A DNA stretch of 64,000 nucleotides from Octopus sinensis (Eukaryota), in NCBI RefSeq assembly GCF_006345805.1, contig NC_043024.1, forward strand, positions 16,058,001-16,122,000. The letters run 5' to 3'. Position numbers and translations under genes: made by a program. The stretch's first letter is position 1; each line of letters opens with the position of its first letter. The notes beneath the pieces were generated by a model, which searched no databases, was not told the DNA's origin, and worked only from the letters and a program-made list of their open reading frames with translations. This document shows, piece by piece, positions 49,425 to 62,092 of this stretch.

Positions 49425-49681
49425 TGCGATTCTTAAAAGCAGAGAAATGTTTGAGTCACCTCGACAATAACTTAGTTTGTTGTCTTCGACATCACCACTT
49501 AAATAATGATCGTTGCTGGAAAGACTATCTCCTTCGAGGGGCCCACATATAGCTGAAGTCAAAGACTTGTATTTTACATTAAGAACTGTGGTTTTGGTAA
49601 ACGAAAGTTACGTCAGTGAAAAATATAAAACATCCATAAATGCTTGGTTACACTCTTTCGGGCGAAATCGGAATCCTTCTG

Positions 49682-49820
49682 CTGTAAATTGAGATGGAAA
49701 CACTCAGTTCGCATTTGTAAAGCAGGAAAATAATGACCAGGTTATTCTCTGATGTTAGAGAAAGAGAATGGTGTGTGTGTGTGTTAATTGCTCGTTAATT
49801 GGTTATGAAAACTTATTTAC
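49682..49820 (-). other. Putative 5'UTR intron of the zinc-finger gene
   Basis: AAG/GTAAATAAG donor, TTTACAG-CAG tandem acceptor, 139 nt. Confidence 0.5.
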
Positions 49821-50023
49821 CTTGTCCTGTTAGGGAACGATTAAGGACGTATCGTAGTTTGTGGTGGAATATTTAATCTTGCAGCCGATGAAACAACGAC
49901 TAGAATATATATTGGACATAATATATTATGCACAACAATTAAATTTCGCTTTAACACGACATAATTACGACGATCGAGCACAATTAAATGTATCTAGGTC
50001 AAGAAGAACGGGACGGTGTAATC

Positions 50024-50094
50024 AATAATTTTCCCCTCGTTTCATTGGTGCCGGTGTCATTAATAATTTCCCCCTCGTCTCATTGGCGCCGGTG
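50024..50094 (-). promoter_or_regulatory. Tandem 38-bp duplication, each copy with a CCAAT box; candidate zinc-finger gene promoter
   Basis: ATTGG at 50044 and 50082 on the plus strand, in a locally CpG-containing, repeat-free segment. Confidence 0.4.
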
Positions 50095-50307
50095 ATATAA
50101 GTTAAGTGTCCCTATCGTGATTTAATACTTAGAGAAACGCGTTTTGTTTTATCAATATCATGATAAAATTGTTTTACAAGGTTTGATGATGGAGAAAGAA
50201 TACCGTCACCATCGTCGTCAACACTACACTTCATACTATAGAAACGATGGTAACCAGTTCTTTCTTTACGACCTCTTCCATTTTCTTTAAAACTTTACAG
50301 AAATTTA

Positions 50308-50660
50308 GCAGGAGTGGGTGTGTGGTACGTAGCTTGTTTACCAACCACATGGTTCCATGTTCAGTCCTACTGCGTGGCACCTTGGTCAAGTGTCTTCTTC
50401 TATAGCCTTAGGCTGACCAAAGCCTTGTGAGTGGATTTGGTAGACGAGAACTAAATGAAGACCGTCGTATGTATATATATATATATGTACAACAATTGAG
50501 GGCAAAATTAATTAATTATTAATCAATTTCACCAAGTGTTCAGTATGCAAAGGGACCATTCAAGGCGAATTCAAATTATTACATTATATAAAAGGGCTTA
50601 GTAAAATAAATTACTTTGCGGCAAAGTAATTTATTTTACTAAGCCCTTTTATATAATATA

Positions 50661-50692
<32 letters not shown>

Positions 50693-51018
50693 GGTCCCAA
50701 TGCATCTACATAACTATATATTTTTACAGTGCACACTGGTTACAGTTAGTTTTTAAGGTTAGGGTTACGTGGGACCTCTGTACTTAAGTAGTACCTTTGA
50801 GTCTGTGTTTATTCCCCCCCCCTCACTCCATTACCGCAAGACACGGTGTTGGTGTGTTTATGTCCCCAGCCCACCCCGTAATTTAGTGGTTCAGCAAAAG
50901 AGACCGATAGGATTAGTACCAGGCTTTTAAAATAAGTACTGGGCTTGATTCAATCAACTAAGAATTCAAGGCAGTGCCCCAGCATGGCCACAGTCTAATG
51001 ACTGAAACAAGTAAAAAA
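50308..51018 (+). mobile_element. SINE family A split into 5' (50308-50468) and 3' (50843-51018) halves by inserts in its microsatellite
   Basis: Both halves match 18205-18602. Confidence 0.7.
50583..50657. repeat. Perfect palindrome, 37-bp arms, 1-nt spacer
   Basis: ATTATATAAAAGGGCTTAGTAAAATAAATTACTTTGC-G-GCAAAGTAATTTATTTTACTAAGCCCTTTTATATAAT. Confidence 0.93.
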
Positions 51019-51427
51019 AGAAAAAAAAATGAAGATCAGATTTCAATTTTTAAAAAACGTCCCCCTTCTATTCAGAATTTGTACCACACTCCTTTGTTTG
51101 TTCAATTACAAACGTATGGATGTCTGCTGAACCAACAATCAACACACGACTTCAATTTGGTTGCTCCACATGCTTGAAATAGCAGTCAAATCTTCCTCAA
51201 ATCACATACCTAATGTCTTATAAAAAGGACCCATTGGACAATATAATCAAAGACATGTAAAAGTATGGCGATTATGATTCTAAGAAATAATTTTTCCAAA
51301 TTTCAATTTTTGAAATCACCCTTACTATTGGCATTTTGGAATGACAATAGATACCTGACAACCTGCTTCCGTTCTGGTAGAAAAAAAGATTGGGTGAGGT
51401 GGGAGCACAAGTGGAAGTTTACCATAT

Positions 51428-51810
51428 AGCCATAGGAGTGGCTGTGTGGTAAGTAGCTTGCTTACCAACCATATGGTTCCGGGTTCAGTCCCACTGCGTG
51501 GCACCTTGGGCAAGTGTCTTCTACTATAGCCTCGGGTCAACCAAAGCCTTGTGAGTGGATTTGGTAGACGGAAACTGAAAGAAGCCTGTCGTATATATAT
51601 ATATATATGTATATACGTATGTTTGTGTGTCTGTGTATGTTTGTGTGTCGCTTGTGTGTTAACGTCCCCGTAACTTAGCGGTTCGGCAAAAGAGAGACCA
51701 ATAGAATAAGCACTAGGTTTACAAAGAATAAGTCCTGGGGTCAATTTGCTCGACTAAAGGTGGTGCTCCAGCATGGCCACAGTCACATGACTGAAACAAG
51801 TAAAAGAGTA
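51428..51810 (+). mobile_element. SINE family A, full length
   Basis: Near-consensus copy. Confidence 0.9.
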
Positions 51811-52164
51811 TATGTTTGAGGTAGAACTCTGCTGACTGGAAAGAGGCAGACAAATTGCTATGGAAAATAAGATTAAGATGGTTTTAAACTTTTAAAACTT
51901 GCCCAACATCATGGCGAAGAAAGGGGAACCATATGGATGTAAACTGTGTTTTGCCTTATTAAATAAAGAGGCAGAGGCAAAAATATTTACCAAATATTTT
52001 GGTTTGAGTAGAGCAAGATGAACTGTGCTGAGCCATTCATTATTTTATTGGATGTAATTAAACTGAAAGCTGATAAGATGTTAAAGGTGTGTTATTTGAG
52101 GGAGATTTGGGTGTTATTACAAGTGACCACATTGAGGCCTTCCTCAGATAGTTGCCAATTTTCT

Positions 52165-52513
52165 TCTTACTCTTTTACACATTTCAGTCATTTGACTGTG
52201 ACCATGCTGGAGCACCACTTTTAGTCAAAGTAATCGACCCCAGGACTCATACTTATTCTATCAGTCTCTTTTGCCAAACCGCTAAGTTTCAGGACCATAA
52301 ACACACCAACATCAGTTGACAAGCGATGGTGGGGTGACAAACTCAGACACAAAGAAACACACATATAAATAAATGTGCATATATACGACAGGCTTCTTTC
52401 AGTTTCCGTCTACCAAATCCCCTCATAAGGCTTTGGTCGGCCCAAGGCTATAGTAGAAGACACTTACCCAAGATGCCACATAGTGGGACTGAACCCAGAA
52501 CTGTGTGATTAGT
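52165..52513 (-). mobile_element. SINE family A
   Basis: Reverse complement of 18205-18602. Confidence 0.85.
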
Positions 52514-52589
52514 AAGCAAGCTTCTTACCACACAGGCACGTGTGTGCCTTTTTAGATATATATTTTTTAGATGCACTTCAAAATACAGC

Positions 52590-53130
52590 AATTATCCAGC
52601 AAACTTGGTGTCAGAAGTGGCCCAGAATTGTAGATTTTCTGGTTTTCTGGAGACATTGAACATATTTTGACAAGCTTACAGCCATGAGGCAATGCTTCAA
52701 GCAGCACAGGTGCCTCAAAAGTAGAGGAATGTCTCTAGATGACAATGAGCAATCTGGATGTCCTGTAGTGAGTGTCAATCCCCAGACATGTGGAGAAAAT
52801 ACATCAGTTTGTGCATGAAGTCATTGGAGCGCAATCAACAACATTGCTGATGGTTCCATGTAGGCAATCTTAACACCTGAATTGAACATGCAGCTTGTCT
52901 CTGTAAAGTCTGTCCTCCACCTGCTGACCACGGAGCAGAGGAGCATCGTGTCAAAGTCTGTCAAGATCTCCGTCAGCATGCTGCTGATGACCCATCCTTC
53001 ATGTTGAGGACCATCACTGGTGATGAGAGTTGAGTCTATGGGCATGACCCCTGAAACAAAGCAACAGTCATTATAAGGGAAGAGCCCTTCATATCCACGA
53101 CTGAAGAAGCCATAACACAGCTGCAGCCTA
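52590..53130 (+). mobile_element. Degenerate mariner transposase fragment
   Basis: SLDDNEQSGCP ... TITGDES*VYGHDPETKQQS...KSPSYPRLKK, the first catalytic Asp motif TGDE. Confidence 0.82.
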
Positions 53131-53156
53131 TTATTTTTCTTCAACATCTGTGGTAT

Positions 53157-53470
53157 TTACTCTTTTACTTGTTTCAGTCATTTGACTGAGGCCATGCTGG
53201 AGCACCGCCTTTAGTCGAGCAAACTGACCCCAGGACTTATTCTTTGTAAGCCTAGTATTTATTCTATCGGTCTCTTTTTGCCAAACTGCTAAGTTACAGG
53301 GATGTAAACATACCAGCATTGATTGTCGAGCGATGGTGTATGTGGGGAGGGGGGGGGGGACAAACACAGACATACAAACATATACACATACATACATATA
53401 TATATACATATATATACGACGGGCTTCTTTCAGTTTCCGTCTACCAAATCCACTCACAAGGCTTTGGTTG
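53157..53470 (-). mobile_element. SINE family A, 5'-truncated
   Basis: Reverse complement of 18300-18602. Confidence 0.85.
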
Positions 53471-53489
53471 TTATGTCTTCACTCTCTAT

Positions 53490-53920
53490 TTATTATTTCT
53501 TTACTGCCCACAAGGGGCTAAACATAAAGGGACAAACAAGGACAGACAAAGGGATTAAGTCGATTACATCGACCCAGTGTGAAACTGGTACTTATTTAAT
53601 CGAGCCCGAAAGGATGGAAGGCAAAGTTGACCATGGCGGAATTTGAACTCAGAACAAAACAGCAAAGTCTACCTCGGCAGAATTTGAACTCAGAACGAAA
53701 CAGCAGACGAAATACCTATTTCTTTACTACCCACAAGGGGCTAAATACAGAGAGGACAAACAAGGACAGACAAACAGATTAAGTCGATTAAATCGACCCC
53801 AGTGCGTAACTGGTACTTATTTAATCGATCCCAAAAGGATGAAAAGCAAAGTCGACCTCGGTGGAATTTGAACTCAGAACATAATGGCAGACGAAATACC
53901 GCTAAGCATTTCACCCGCCT
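53490..53920 (-). mobile_element. Two tandem SINE family B copies
   Basis: Head, core and tail motifs repeated. Confidence 0.85.
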
Positions 53921-54683
53921 TCTGTTATCTTCTTATTGGAAAGATGGCATCAGTAGTACTTCTTCACCTCAGCTATACTCATTCTTTTCATCATGAATTG
54001 ATTTCCAACTCTTTCCGTAACTTTCATAATCTGGTCCAACACTTTGATACTCCTATAACTAACTCTAAAGCATCCTTTTGGCCCTTGTAACAAATAGTTG
54101 CACTGCTAGCAATGACATGCTAGAAATGACTAGGAACTAGCTAGTCCAATTAACTAGCAAGTATCCTAGTCCACCAGGCATTTTGAAGATCTCTTGGAAG
54201 CTTTCTGATGGATGTGCCTTCATATTTTTTGTTATGTATGATAATTGCTTTATCATACTGCAGTCAATTGGATCTATACAGAGGGACCCTCTTTCTCCCA
54301 CACTCAGTAGCTTTTCATAGTTGCCTTTCCTTGCTCCTTTCCAAAATCAGTAAGCACAAAGGCGTCGTTATACATCTGTACACACACATACAATCTTGAT
54401 TCTCTCTTATATATTGTCTTGCAATCTGGAATTCTTCATGTCTCTCTGATCCTCTGACTGTAGAATATTGCAAACATCTTACATTTTGTTTCTTCCCTAG
54501 CTAAATGCATTTTAGTTCGGGTGTACTGAGCAAAGCTTCTCTTCAAGTTACCTGTTTTAGTTCTCTGCAGCCCTCTTTCTTTCGGGTGACATGGAAGTGA
54601 ACAGAGTGCTCTTCTCCTCTCATATATGTTGTCGCAGTATCATCTTTCCATGTTCATCTTCCAAGGGTCAGACTACATATATA

Positions 54684-55150
54684 TCATCATCATCATCATT
54701 GTTTAGCGTCCGCTTTTCATGCTAGCATGGGTTGGACGGTTCGACCGGGGTCTGGGAAGCCAGTAGGCTGCACCAGGCTACAGTCTGATCTGGCAGTGTT
54801 TCTACAGCTGGATGCCCTTCCTAACGCCAACCACTCTATGAGTGTAGTGGGTGCTTTTTACGTGCCATCGACACAGGAGCCAGAGTAGGCTGGTAACGGC
54901 CACGATCAGTTGGTGCTTTTTACATGCCACCAGTACAGACGCCAGTCAAGGCAGCGCTGGCATTGGCCATGTTCAGATGGTGTTTTTTATGTGCCACCAG
55001 CACGGGTTTCCATTTGATTTTTATTTTGCTGTTGATGTACTTGACTCAATAGGTCTCCTCAAGCACAGCAGGTCACCCTACGATCCAAGGTTAGCACAGC
55101 AGGCCGTCCTGCAAGCCATGAATTTACTTTATTTGTCGGGTCTTCGCAGT
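54684..55150 (-). mobile_element. RTE LINE 3'UTR copy with three ~65-bp sub-repeats
   Basis: Colinear with 7272-7690. Confidence 0.88.
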
Positions 55151-57532
55151 CATGTAAATAAATATGAATAAAAAATAAAATAAAATAAATATTTCCTTCT
55201 CGAGCCATGCCAGGCTCATGAGGGCTGGTTTCCCAGTGTATATATTCCCCATCTGGATAGGACGCCAGTCTGTCACAAGATTACTCACTTTTGCCAGCTG
55301 AATGGGCTGGAGCAACGTGAAAATAAGTGTTTTGCTCAAGAACATGATGCATCACCCGGTCCAGGAATTGAAACCACAATCTGATGATCAAGAGTCCAAC
55401 ACCCTAACCACTAAGCTACATGCCTCCACTGTAAATTTAAACACATTGCCTAAAAATATGACAGTCAAGGCTGAAAAAATTCTTTTGATTATAAGCCGGC
55501 TGGATCAGACCTTTCACTAAACATCAGCTTAGTCTATGTCAAGCCAACAAGGATACTCAGTTTTCTAGAAATAGAAGCCAAATAACCCTCAAATACCACC
55601 CTATCTTCTGAAATAAGCTTTACATACCCCTGATAAAAATAGGATGGTTCAATCACTTAGCGTGGATTGTGTGAACTACAGAGTGGCCTTTTATGCGTTG
55701 GCTGTAAGTTAAATGTATCTTATGCTTAAGTTGTTGGAATGACCTCAGCTGCAACACTTTTAATTATAGGTTTGCTAAACCAGGGCCCTACTAGGTCTAA
55801 ACAACAACTTAAACAATGTTCTCATCAGTGGTGATCTGACATTTTCCCTAGTTTCTTCTACCACAAACAAACTCTCTGATAACGATGCACCATATTATCA
55901 CTATGTCCATACCTTGAACTGCTAATCTGTTTTAACCCATATATGCCCATCACAAAAAATGAAGTCTTCAAATTTCATTGTACTTAAACATTATGGTAAG
56001 CTTTCACAATCTGGAAAAGAAGGACAGCATGTTCACTACGGGTGTCGACTTCCAACTGAACATTTCGTATGCTCAGTCAGATGCGCTCATGTCCAAACAA
56101 GAAGGAGCAGGTTTTGCATTGTGAAAATGCAACAGGGGTATATATGAGTTAATTTTCTATTATCAAGGGGAAAGTTTCACAGGAGTGATACCAGAAAACT
56201 CAACAGTAGGACGCTCTTTCGGCAACCTTTGCAACATTCACCGAAGCACAGCTTTGTAAAATATCACAGGACATGGTGCCACATCATTTTGTGCCATGAA
56301 AATGGTGTTCATACAGACCTCAATGTGCGACAGTGTCAATGAAAGCAAATATACGAGAACCAGTATTGTTCTTATTACTTTCCAGTTAGCTTTGCTTTGT
56401 CATCTAGATTTATGCCACAAGTATTTTTGAGTTATTTTCTCTGAGCTCCCTCGTTTACCCTGCTGTCACCCCCACCATGCACTATGTCCGTATTAACAAT
56501 TTTCAGGCCATCTCTACTAAATGTCACCACTCTATTCTCATGCATTCCTTACCCTTTCCCTCTCTACTGGCAAACAGCCACTTCTACAGTATCAACTACC
56601 AACCAGCAAGCGAACTTGTTACTGCCACTACAATTACCGTATTTTCCACTGTATAAACCGCTATTTTTTACCTGGGGAATTCAGTGAGTGGCTTATAGAA
56701 AGGTGCGTCTAACATGTGTACTTTTAGGAGGAAAATAATTTGTGTATAGAGACTGACTGATTCCACTGAATTTTTCAGAAGAAAGGTTGGTTGGTGAACA
56801 ATGTGAAAGACTACAGCCACAGTACATTGGTGCCAGGAAGAAAACGAAGCATATTTTTGTTTTGTTTTACCTTCATGTTTTGATAATGTCATTTTTAATC
56901 TAATAAAGACTTTAATATTGACAAAATGTGTTTGTTGTTGATTATAATAAGATAAAATCATAACAATAACAATACATCTCATAATTGTAAAATAAGGCAT
57001 TTGAAACTGCATACACGTCAACAACAAAGGAGCTAGCTGCGGACCAGTAACTCTATAGATCTTTTAAACATCGGGGCACTTTGTGAGGATAAAACCAAAA
57101 TTTTCCCCCAAATTTGGCCTTGCGGCTTAAACACTGATTTTGGGCAAATGAATAAATATATGTAAATAATATTTCTTCCTTCTTGGTGTTGATTCTTCAA
57201 TGTTTACTGGTTACTCTGAAGTGAGAACCCTAAAAAAAAGCGTGTAATAGGCAACGCAGGCAGGAAACAAAAAATAAAATAGAACAGAGTGGTGACATTT
57301 AGTAGAGATGACCCAGAAGTTGTTCCTCTTTGATTACCATTGCAAAACAGCAGCAGCCTTCTTCAACTGAATACATATCGCTGATTGGTTAAAATTTACT
57401 CAAATACGACAACCCTAACATGAAATAACTTCTAAAATGTTCAAAGTGAACGGTGTTCTGCATGAGAAATTACACCAGTATACGAAGTTAAAAACAATTA
57501 ATTAAAAAATATGTGAGCCGAACTAAAAAGAT

Positions 57533-57908
57533 TACTCTCTTTTTACTTGTTTCAGTCATTTGATTGCGGCCATGCTGGAGCACCGCCTTTAATCGAGGAA
57601 CTCGACCCCGGGACTTATTCTTTTGTAAGCCCAGTACTTAGTCTATCGGTCTCTTTTGCCGAATCGCTAAGTAACGGGGACATAAACACACCAGCATCGG
57701 TTGTCAAGCAATGCTAGGAGGACAAACACACACATGCATATATATATATATACGACGGGCTTCTTTCAGTTTCCGTCTACCAAATCCACTCACAAGGCTT
57801 TGGTCAGCCCAAGGCTATAGTAGAAGACACTTGCCCAAGGTGCCACGCAGTGGGACTGAACCCAGAACCATGTGGTTGGTAAACAAACTACTTACCACAC
57901 AGCCACTC
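57533..57908 (-). mobile_element. SINE family A
   Basis: Reverse complement of 45556-45950. Confidence 0.88.
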
Positions 57909-58141
57909 TTCATTATTTTTTTTAAATCAAATTAAAAGAGCAATGATGACAAAAAAGGATTATGGTGAGCTACACAGCTCCTGGTTTCAAATTGAGTTCG
58001 GAAGTAGCATTTTCTCACTTGAGAGAGATACTGTATGCAACATGTCACTTCAATTATACAGATAAAAATTTTTTTAAATAAGAAATTGTGATACTAAAAT
58101 GGAGATAAATAGAAAAAAAAAGCAAATAATTTTTAAAACTT

Positions 58142-58147
58142 TTTATT
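58142..58147 (-). terminator. Candidate ORMDL polyadenylation signal AATAAA
   Basis: About 800 nt downstream of the stop, followed by a U-rich tract on the minus strand. Confidence 0.4.
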
Positions 58148-58944
58148 ATATTTTGAGTGTGTACATATACACACACACATATTTGTATGTAGATTATCAT
58201 TATTTTTACATTAAATGTTGTGTTATACATCTGTGTGGGTGTCTCTATATATATATATATACACGCACACACACATACACACACACATAACCAAATAATA
58301 CTAGGTGAAAATTCATATATACATAGATTAGGTAACAACTGCCATGTAAGACAAGATTAAAAACACACACGTGGGTGTGTGGGTGTTTGTGTGTGTATGT
58401 ATGAGTGTGTGCGCGCGCACGCAAATCCTACCTGTGCCTTCTAAATTTGCCACACCGCATATCACTTATATAAAATCACCCTCCCACCCCAACGCCTCAT
58501 TCTTTTCTCTCCCTTCCCACCACTCCCAGAGGGGTCAGTTAGCACAGAAGGTGTGAGAGGGGACAGTGCAGGATGAGACAGCTGGGAAAAAATGTGATAG
58601 TGGAAAGAAAGACAGAACGAAAAAAAAAAAAAGTTCTTTACAACCTGTTGGTGGTAGCGAGGAGGAAGAGGAGGGGAAAAAAACAGTTTAAAAAGAAAAA
58701 TACATTTTTGCCCACCCAACCAAAATGATGCCATCATCCACATTTTTAATAAGCACACCTCTTCTTCTATCCGTTACTGTTAAGTATCTGGAGGTGGTGT
58801 TAATAATAGGTTTAGGGTGAGTGAGTGGAGTGGTGCGAGCTGGAAGAAGTTGGTTTAGCTCCACCCCACCACAGTTTTTTTTTTCCTTTTTTTTTCATTC
58901 CTCCCCACTTCTTTTTTTGCTTCTTGTTGTCCTCTTCTTCTTCT

Positions 58945-59080
58945 TCAGTACTTGTTGATGCCAAACAACCGTACACCATGGAACTGGGGTAATTTTGGAA
59001 TAAGGTTCAGTGCAAGAACAAATGCATTGATAAGAAAGTGGTAAGTGTCGTATTTTGTATAAAAACTGGCCAGGAAAAAT
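58945..59080 (-). CDS. ORMDL: ORMDL last coding exon ([44 protein letters not shown])
   Basis: TTTCTAG acceptor, 136 nt; the phase joins the upstream exon. C-terminus matches ORMDL ...PKLPQLHGVRIFGINKY. Confidence 0.96.
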
Positions 59081-60579
59081 CTAGAAATGGAAAGAGAAAG
59101 AAATTAATGGGAGCTTACAACAACAAGAATAATTTCTAGCATAAGAAACATGGCCAAAATATTTTAGCAGGGAAATGGATTTGTGGTTGATTAAACTGAT
59201 TGTTCTCCACTTAAACCATTTTTGTAGAAGGAAAAAAATTATATACCTTAGCAAAAAGAGGAGGAAGAAAAAAACATATGGCCAAGACAAAGACTATCTT
59301 TTTAGTAGCTTATCTTCTGAAAAGATTTCTGCCATCCTCAATGGAAGAATCTGAGAGAGCTTGATCAATACAAGAGCCCGGGTGCTAGCTTCACTGTTAC
59401 CGACCAACATAAAGATGAAATAGAGGTCTGCATCAACCAGGCATTATAGTCTATTCTTTCACCTTCAATGGTGGTTCTGGAGATGACAGGATGCACATGT
59501 ATGGCTGGAGATGTAGATACCCACAAAAATTGATCCACTGAGCACTTGTTTATGCCATCCTATTGTAGGACCATCAACAGATGTTAGTCTCAATGACACA
59601 GAATTGCCAGTATAACGTAGCTGGCAAAAACAGAGAACTAATACAAAATGGAAGTATTTAATCACTTTTATCTTGGCCAAATTTTCTTTGTTCATACTTT
59701 GACATTTGTGTCAAACTCTGTCAGAGTGATTCTTTTCAATAACTCAAAAGCCATTTCTGTTGATTTGATCAGCATTCCATCATCCACAGAGTGAACTCAT
59801 CTACTTTGATATTGTGCAAGAGACTCTCCTGCCCTAGTATAAATGGCAGAAAATGTGAATTAGTTTGACTTGGTCAGATCTTGACAAATATCTGGTCCTT
59901 GTCTGTAAAGCATCTGCTGATGGAATGCTTCAGTTTCACTGGTTGGAGATGGTTCAGCTCTTACAAGCTGAATGCTGACAGAAGTACAAAATATTGACAG
60001 TGAAAACACATCAAATATCAAACAACTTGGTCAGAAAACAGATTAGATACAAAAAATAACAATCTCTAATGTAGGCACAAAGCCAAAGATTTAGAGGAAG
60101 GGAACAATTATAAAACCAGGACTTGGCTGGTACTTTTATTATCTCTGAAAGGATGGAAAGTCAACTTTGTTTTCCATTGCTCTGAGACCGAAAAATAAGT
60201 ACCAGTCAAGGGTGGAGGTGAGCTGTTTCCTTTCCACTAAATTTTAGGTTTCTACCTAATTTCAGCACAAGGCCAGCAATTTTGAAGCGAGAGGGTTAGC
60301 CCATTACACTGAGCCGAATATCAACTGGTACTTTATTTTTATCAACCTCACCACCAGAAATATAAAACTAAGTCAATTGGTAGGATTTGAACACAACTGT
60401 CAAGGGGCATAACTCAGTGGCTGATGTCATTTTACTTCGTGTGAAACTGTTTTCTGACAGCCTATAATTAAGATCTGTGGTGTACAGGATGGTTTCAGCT
60501 AGAAGTGTTTTGATCACAAATTGTGGAACTAGGTAAATGGAAACTGTGCAGAAACCCATCTCATATATCATAGGTTTCG

Positions 60580-60830
60580 CTTTGCATGCATACACGGGTT
60601 GCTCAAGTTCTAACATTTGCGTTCTTTGGTTATTTTCTTCAACGAAGTTCAGCATCCTGAAATTTGCTTTCACTACATCATCTCTCTTACATACCACATC
60701 CGATTCCTCTTATACCCAGTTTATCCCTAAGTTCATCTGTATTAAGTCGCTTGTGCACACCATCCAACAGCAGAGCACATTTGCTTCATTTCTCTCCAAC
60801 GTTTACACATCTACATTCAATGCTTGTACA
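60580..60830 (-). mobile_element. Degenerate RTE LINE C-terminal fragment
   Basis: LERNEANVLCCWM...DELRDKLGIRGI resembles LERNEASMIHWM at about 7960-8000. Confidence 0.65.
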
Positions 60831-60952
60831 AAAAGCAACACAGAATCTAATCTCAACCTAAAACAGAATCATTTTATTGCCAGCAGGGATAATAACTCTG
60901 AACTTTCCCTGCTTTCTTCTTATTCTGGCAGCCAACAGAGAAAGAGAAAGTA

Positions 60953-61112
60953 CCATATTTTAACGTGTATAAGGAACCCCTAATTTATGGGGCTTAAAAT
61001 TCGGAATAAAGGTTTTGTAAGGGTTTATAATACTATCCCTGTATAAGAAACTCCCACATTTTTTTAACGCAATTTTTGACAAAAAAGGGTTCCTTATGCA
61101 GGTAAAAACCTA
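60953..61112. mobile_element. Tc1/mariner-type MITE, same family as 10890-11051
   Basis: TA-CCATATTTTAACGTGTATAAGGAACCCC start; degenerate right TIR. Confidence 0.8.
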
Positions 61113-61519
61113 GTATGTACCAAACTGAAATAAGTAGTGGGTTGATATGATCATCTTACTACAAAATTACGAATGTATGCTCAGTGTAATCCGGTCCGAT
61201 GACTGAAACAAAAACGATTATGTGATTATGTGGATAAGAAGTTTGCTTCACCACCAAGTGTTTTCTATTTCACCCCCACCGCATGGTACTTTGGGTAAGT
61301 CTCTCCAACTATTGCTCTTGACCACACCTGCACCGACACATGAATATATAATGATGATAACAATATATGGCTATTTGACTTTCCTCTGTTCGTCTACCTT
61401 TGACCTCTTGCAGAATGTCCACTCATCCTCCAGTCCCACTCACCAAGCAGGTTGACCGTCTGACCAATTCATGTTGAATTCTCATGCTCACACGATGCAG
61501 TGTATAACATTCTTTCTTT

Positions 61520-61970
61520 TATAGACGCAAGGCCTGAAATTTTGGGGGCGAAGCGGGGGGGCGCTAGTCGATTACATTGATCCCAGTGCATAACCGGTAC
61601 TTAGTTCATCGACCCTGAAGGGATGGAAGGCAAAGTCAACCTCAGTGGAATTTCAACTCAGAATGTACCAAAGGGGTGAAATACTGATAAGCATTTCATC
61701 CAGCATGCTAACAATTCTGCCAGTGGCATAGAGAGTGAAGGTGGCGAGCTGGTAGAAACGTTAGCATGCTGGGCGAAATCCTTAATGGTATTTCGTCTGT
61801 CTTTATGTTCTGAGTTCAAATTCCATTGAGGTCGACTTTGCCTTTCATCCTTTCGGGGTCGATAAATTAAGTACCAGTTACGCACAGGAGTCGATGCAAT
61901 CGACTTAATCCCTTTGTCCTTGTTTGTCCCCGCTATGTTTAGCTCCTTGTGGGCCGTAAAGAAATAATAG
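61520..61970. mobile_element. Two SINE family B copies head-to-head (minus then plus)
   Basis: 61555-61720 is inverted relative to 61738-61905. Confidence 0.85.
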
Positions 61971-62092
61971 AGAGTGAAGACATAACATGGTAACAAAAGC
62001 CACATGTTGTTGAAATAAACACAAAACAAGTTAATGTTATAGCAAAGATTTTACTGTGCTTGTTTCAATAATCTTTTGCAGGTTAAGGTATA

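Noticed and set aside
49425-49562. 46-aa N-terminal extension of the zinc-finger ORF given in the track
   Set aside because: It starts at TTG, not ATG; kept only as a possible spliced extension.
54110-54175. CTAG-rich short stretch
   Set aside because: No periodicity, pairing or second copy found; treated as low-complexity noise.
58949-59040. Apparent plus-strand exon (pyrimidine tract, CAG, ATG, GTAAGT)
   Set aside because: It is the antisense of the ORMDL last exon; the pyrimidine tract is the complement of the purine-rich ORMDL 3'UTR.
59300-59990. Possible LINE remnant or extra exon in the ORMDL intron (LRELDQYKSPGASF...KDEIEVCINQA)
   Set aside because: Only a weak RTE-like resemblance with many stops; I cannot assign boundaries or family.
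60537-60983. 148-aa plus-strand ORF
   Set aside because: Largely the antisense of a degenerate RTE fragment plus a MITE edge; no recognisable domain or splice support.
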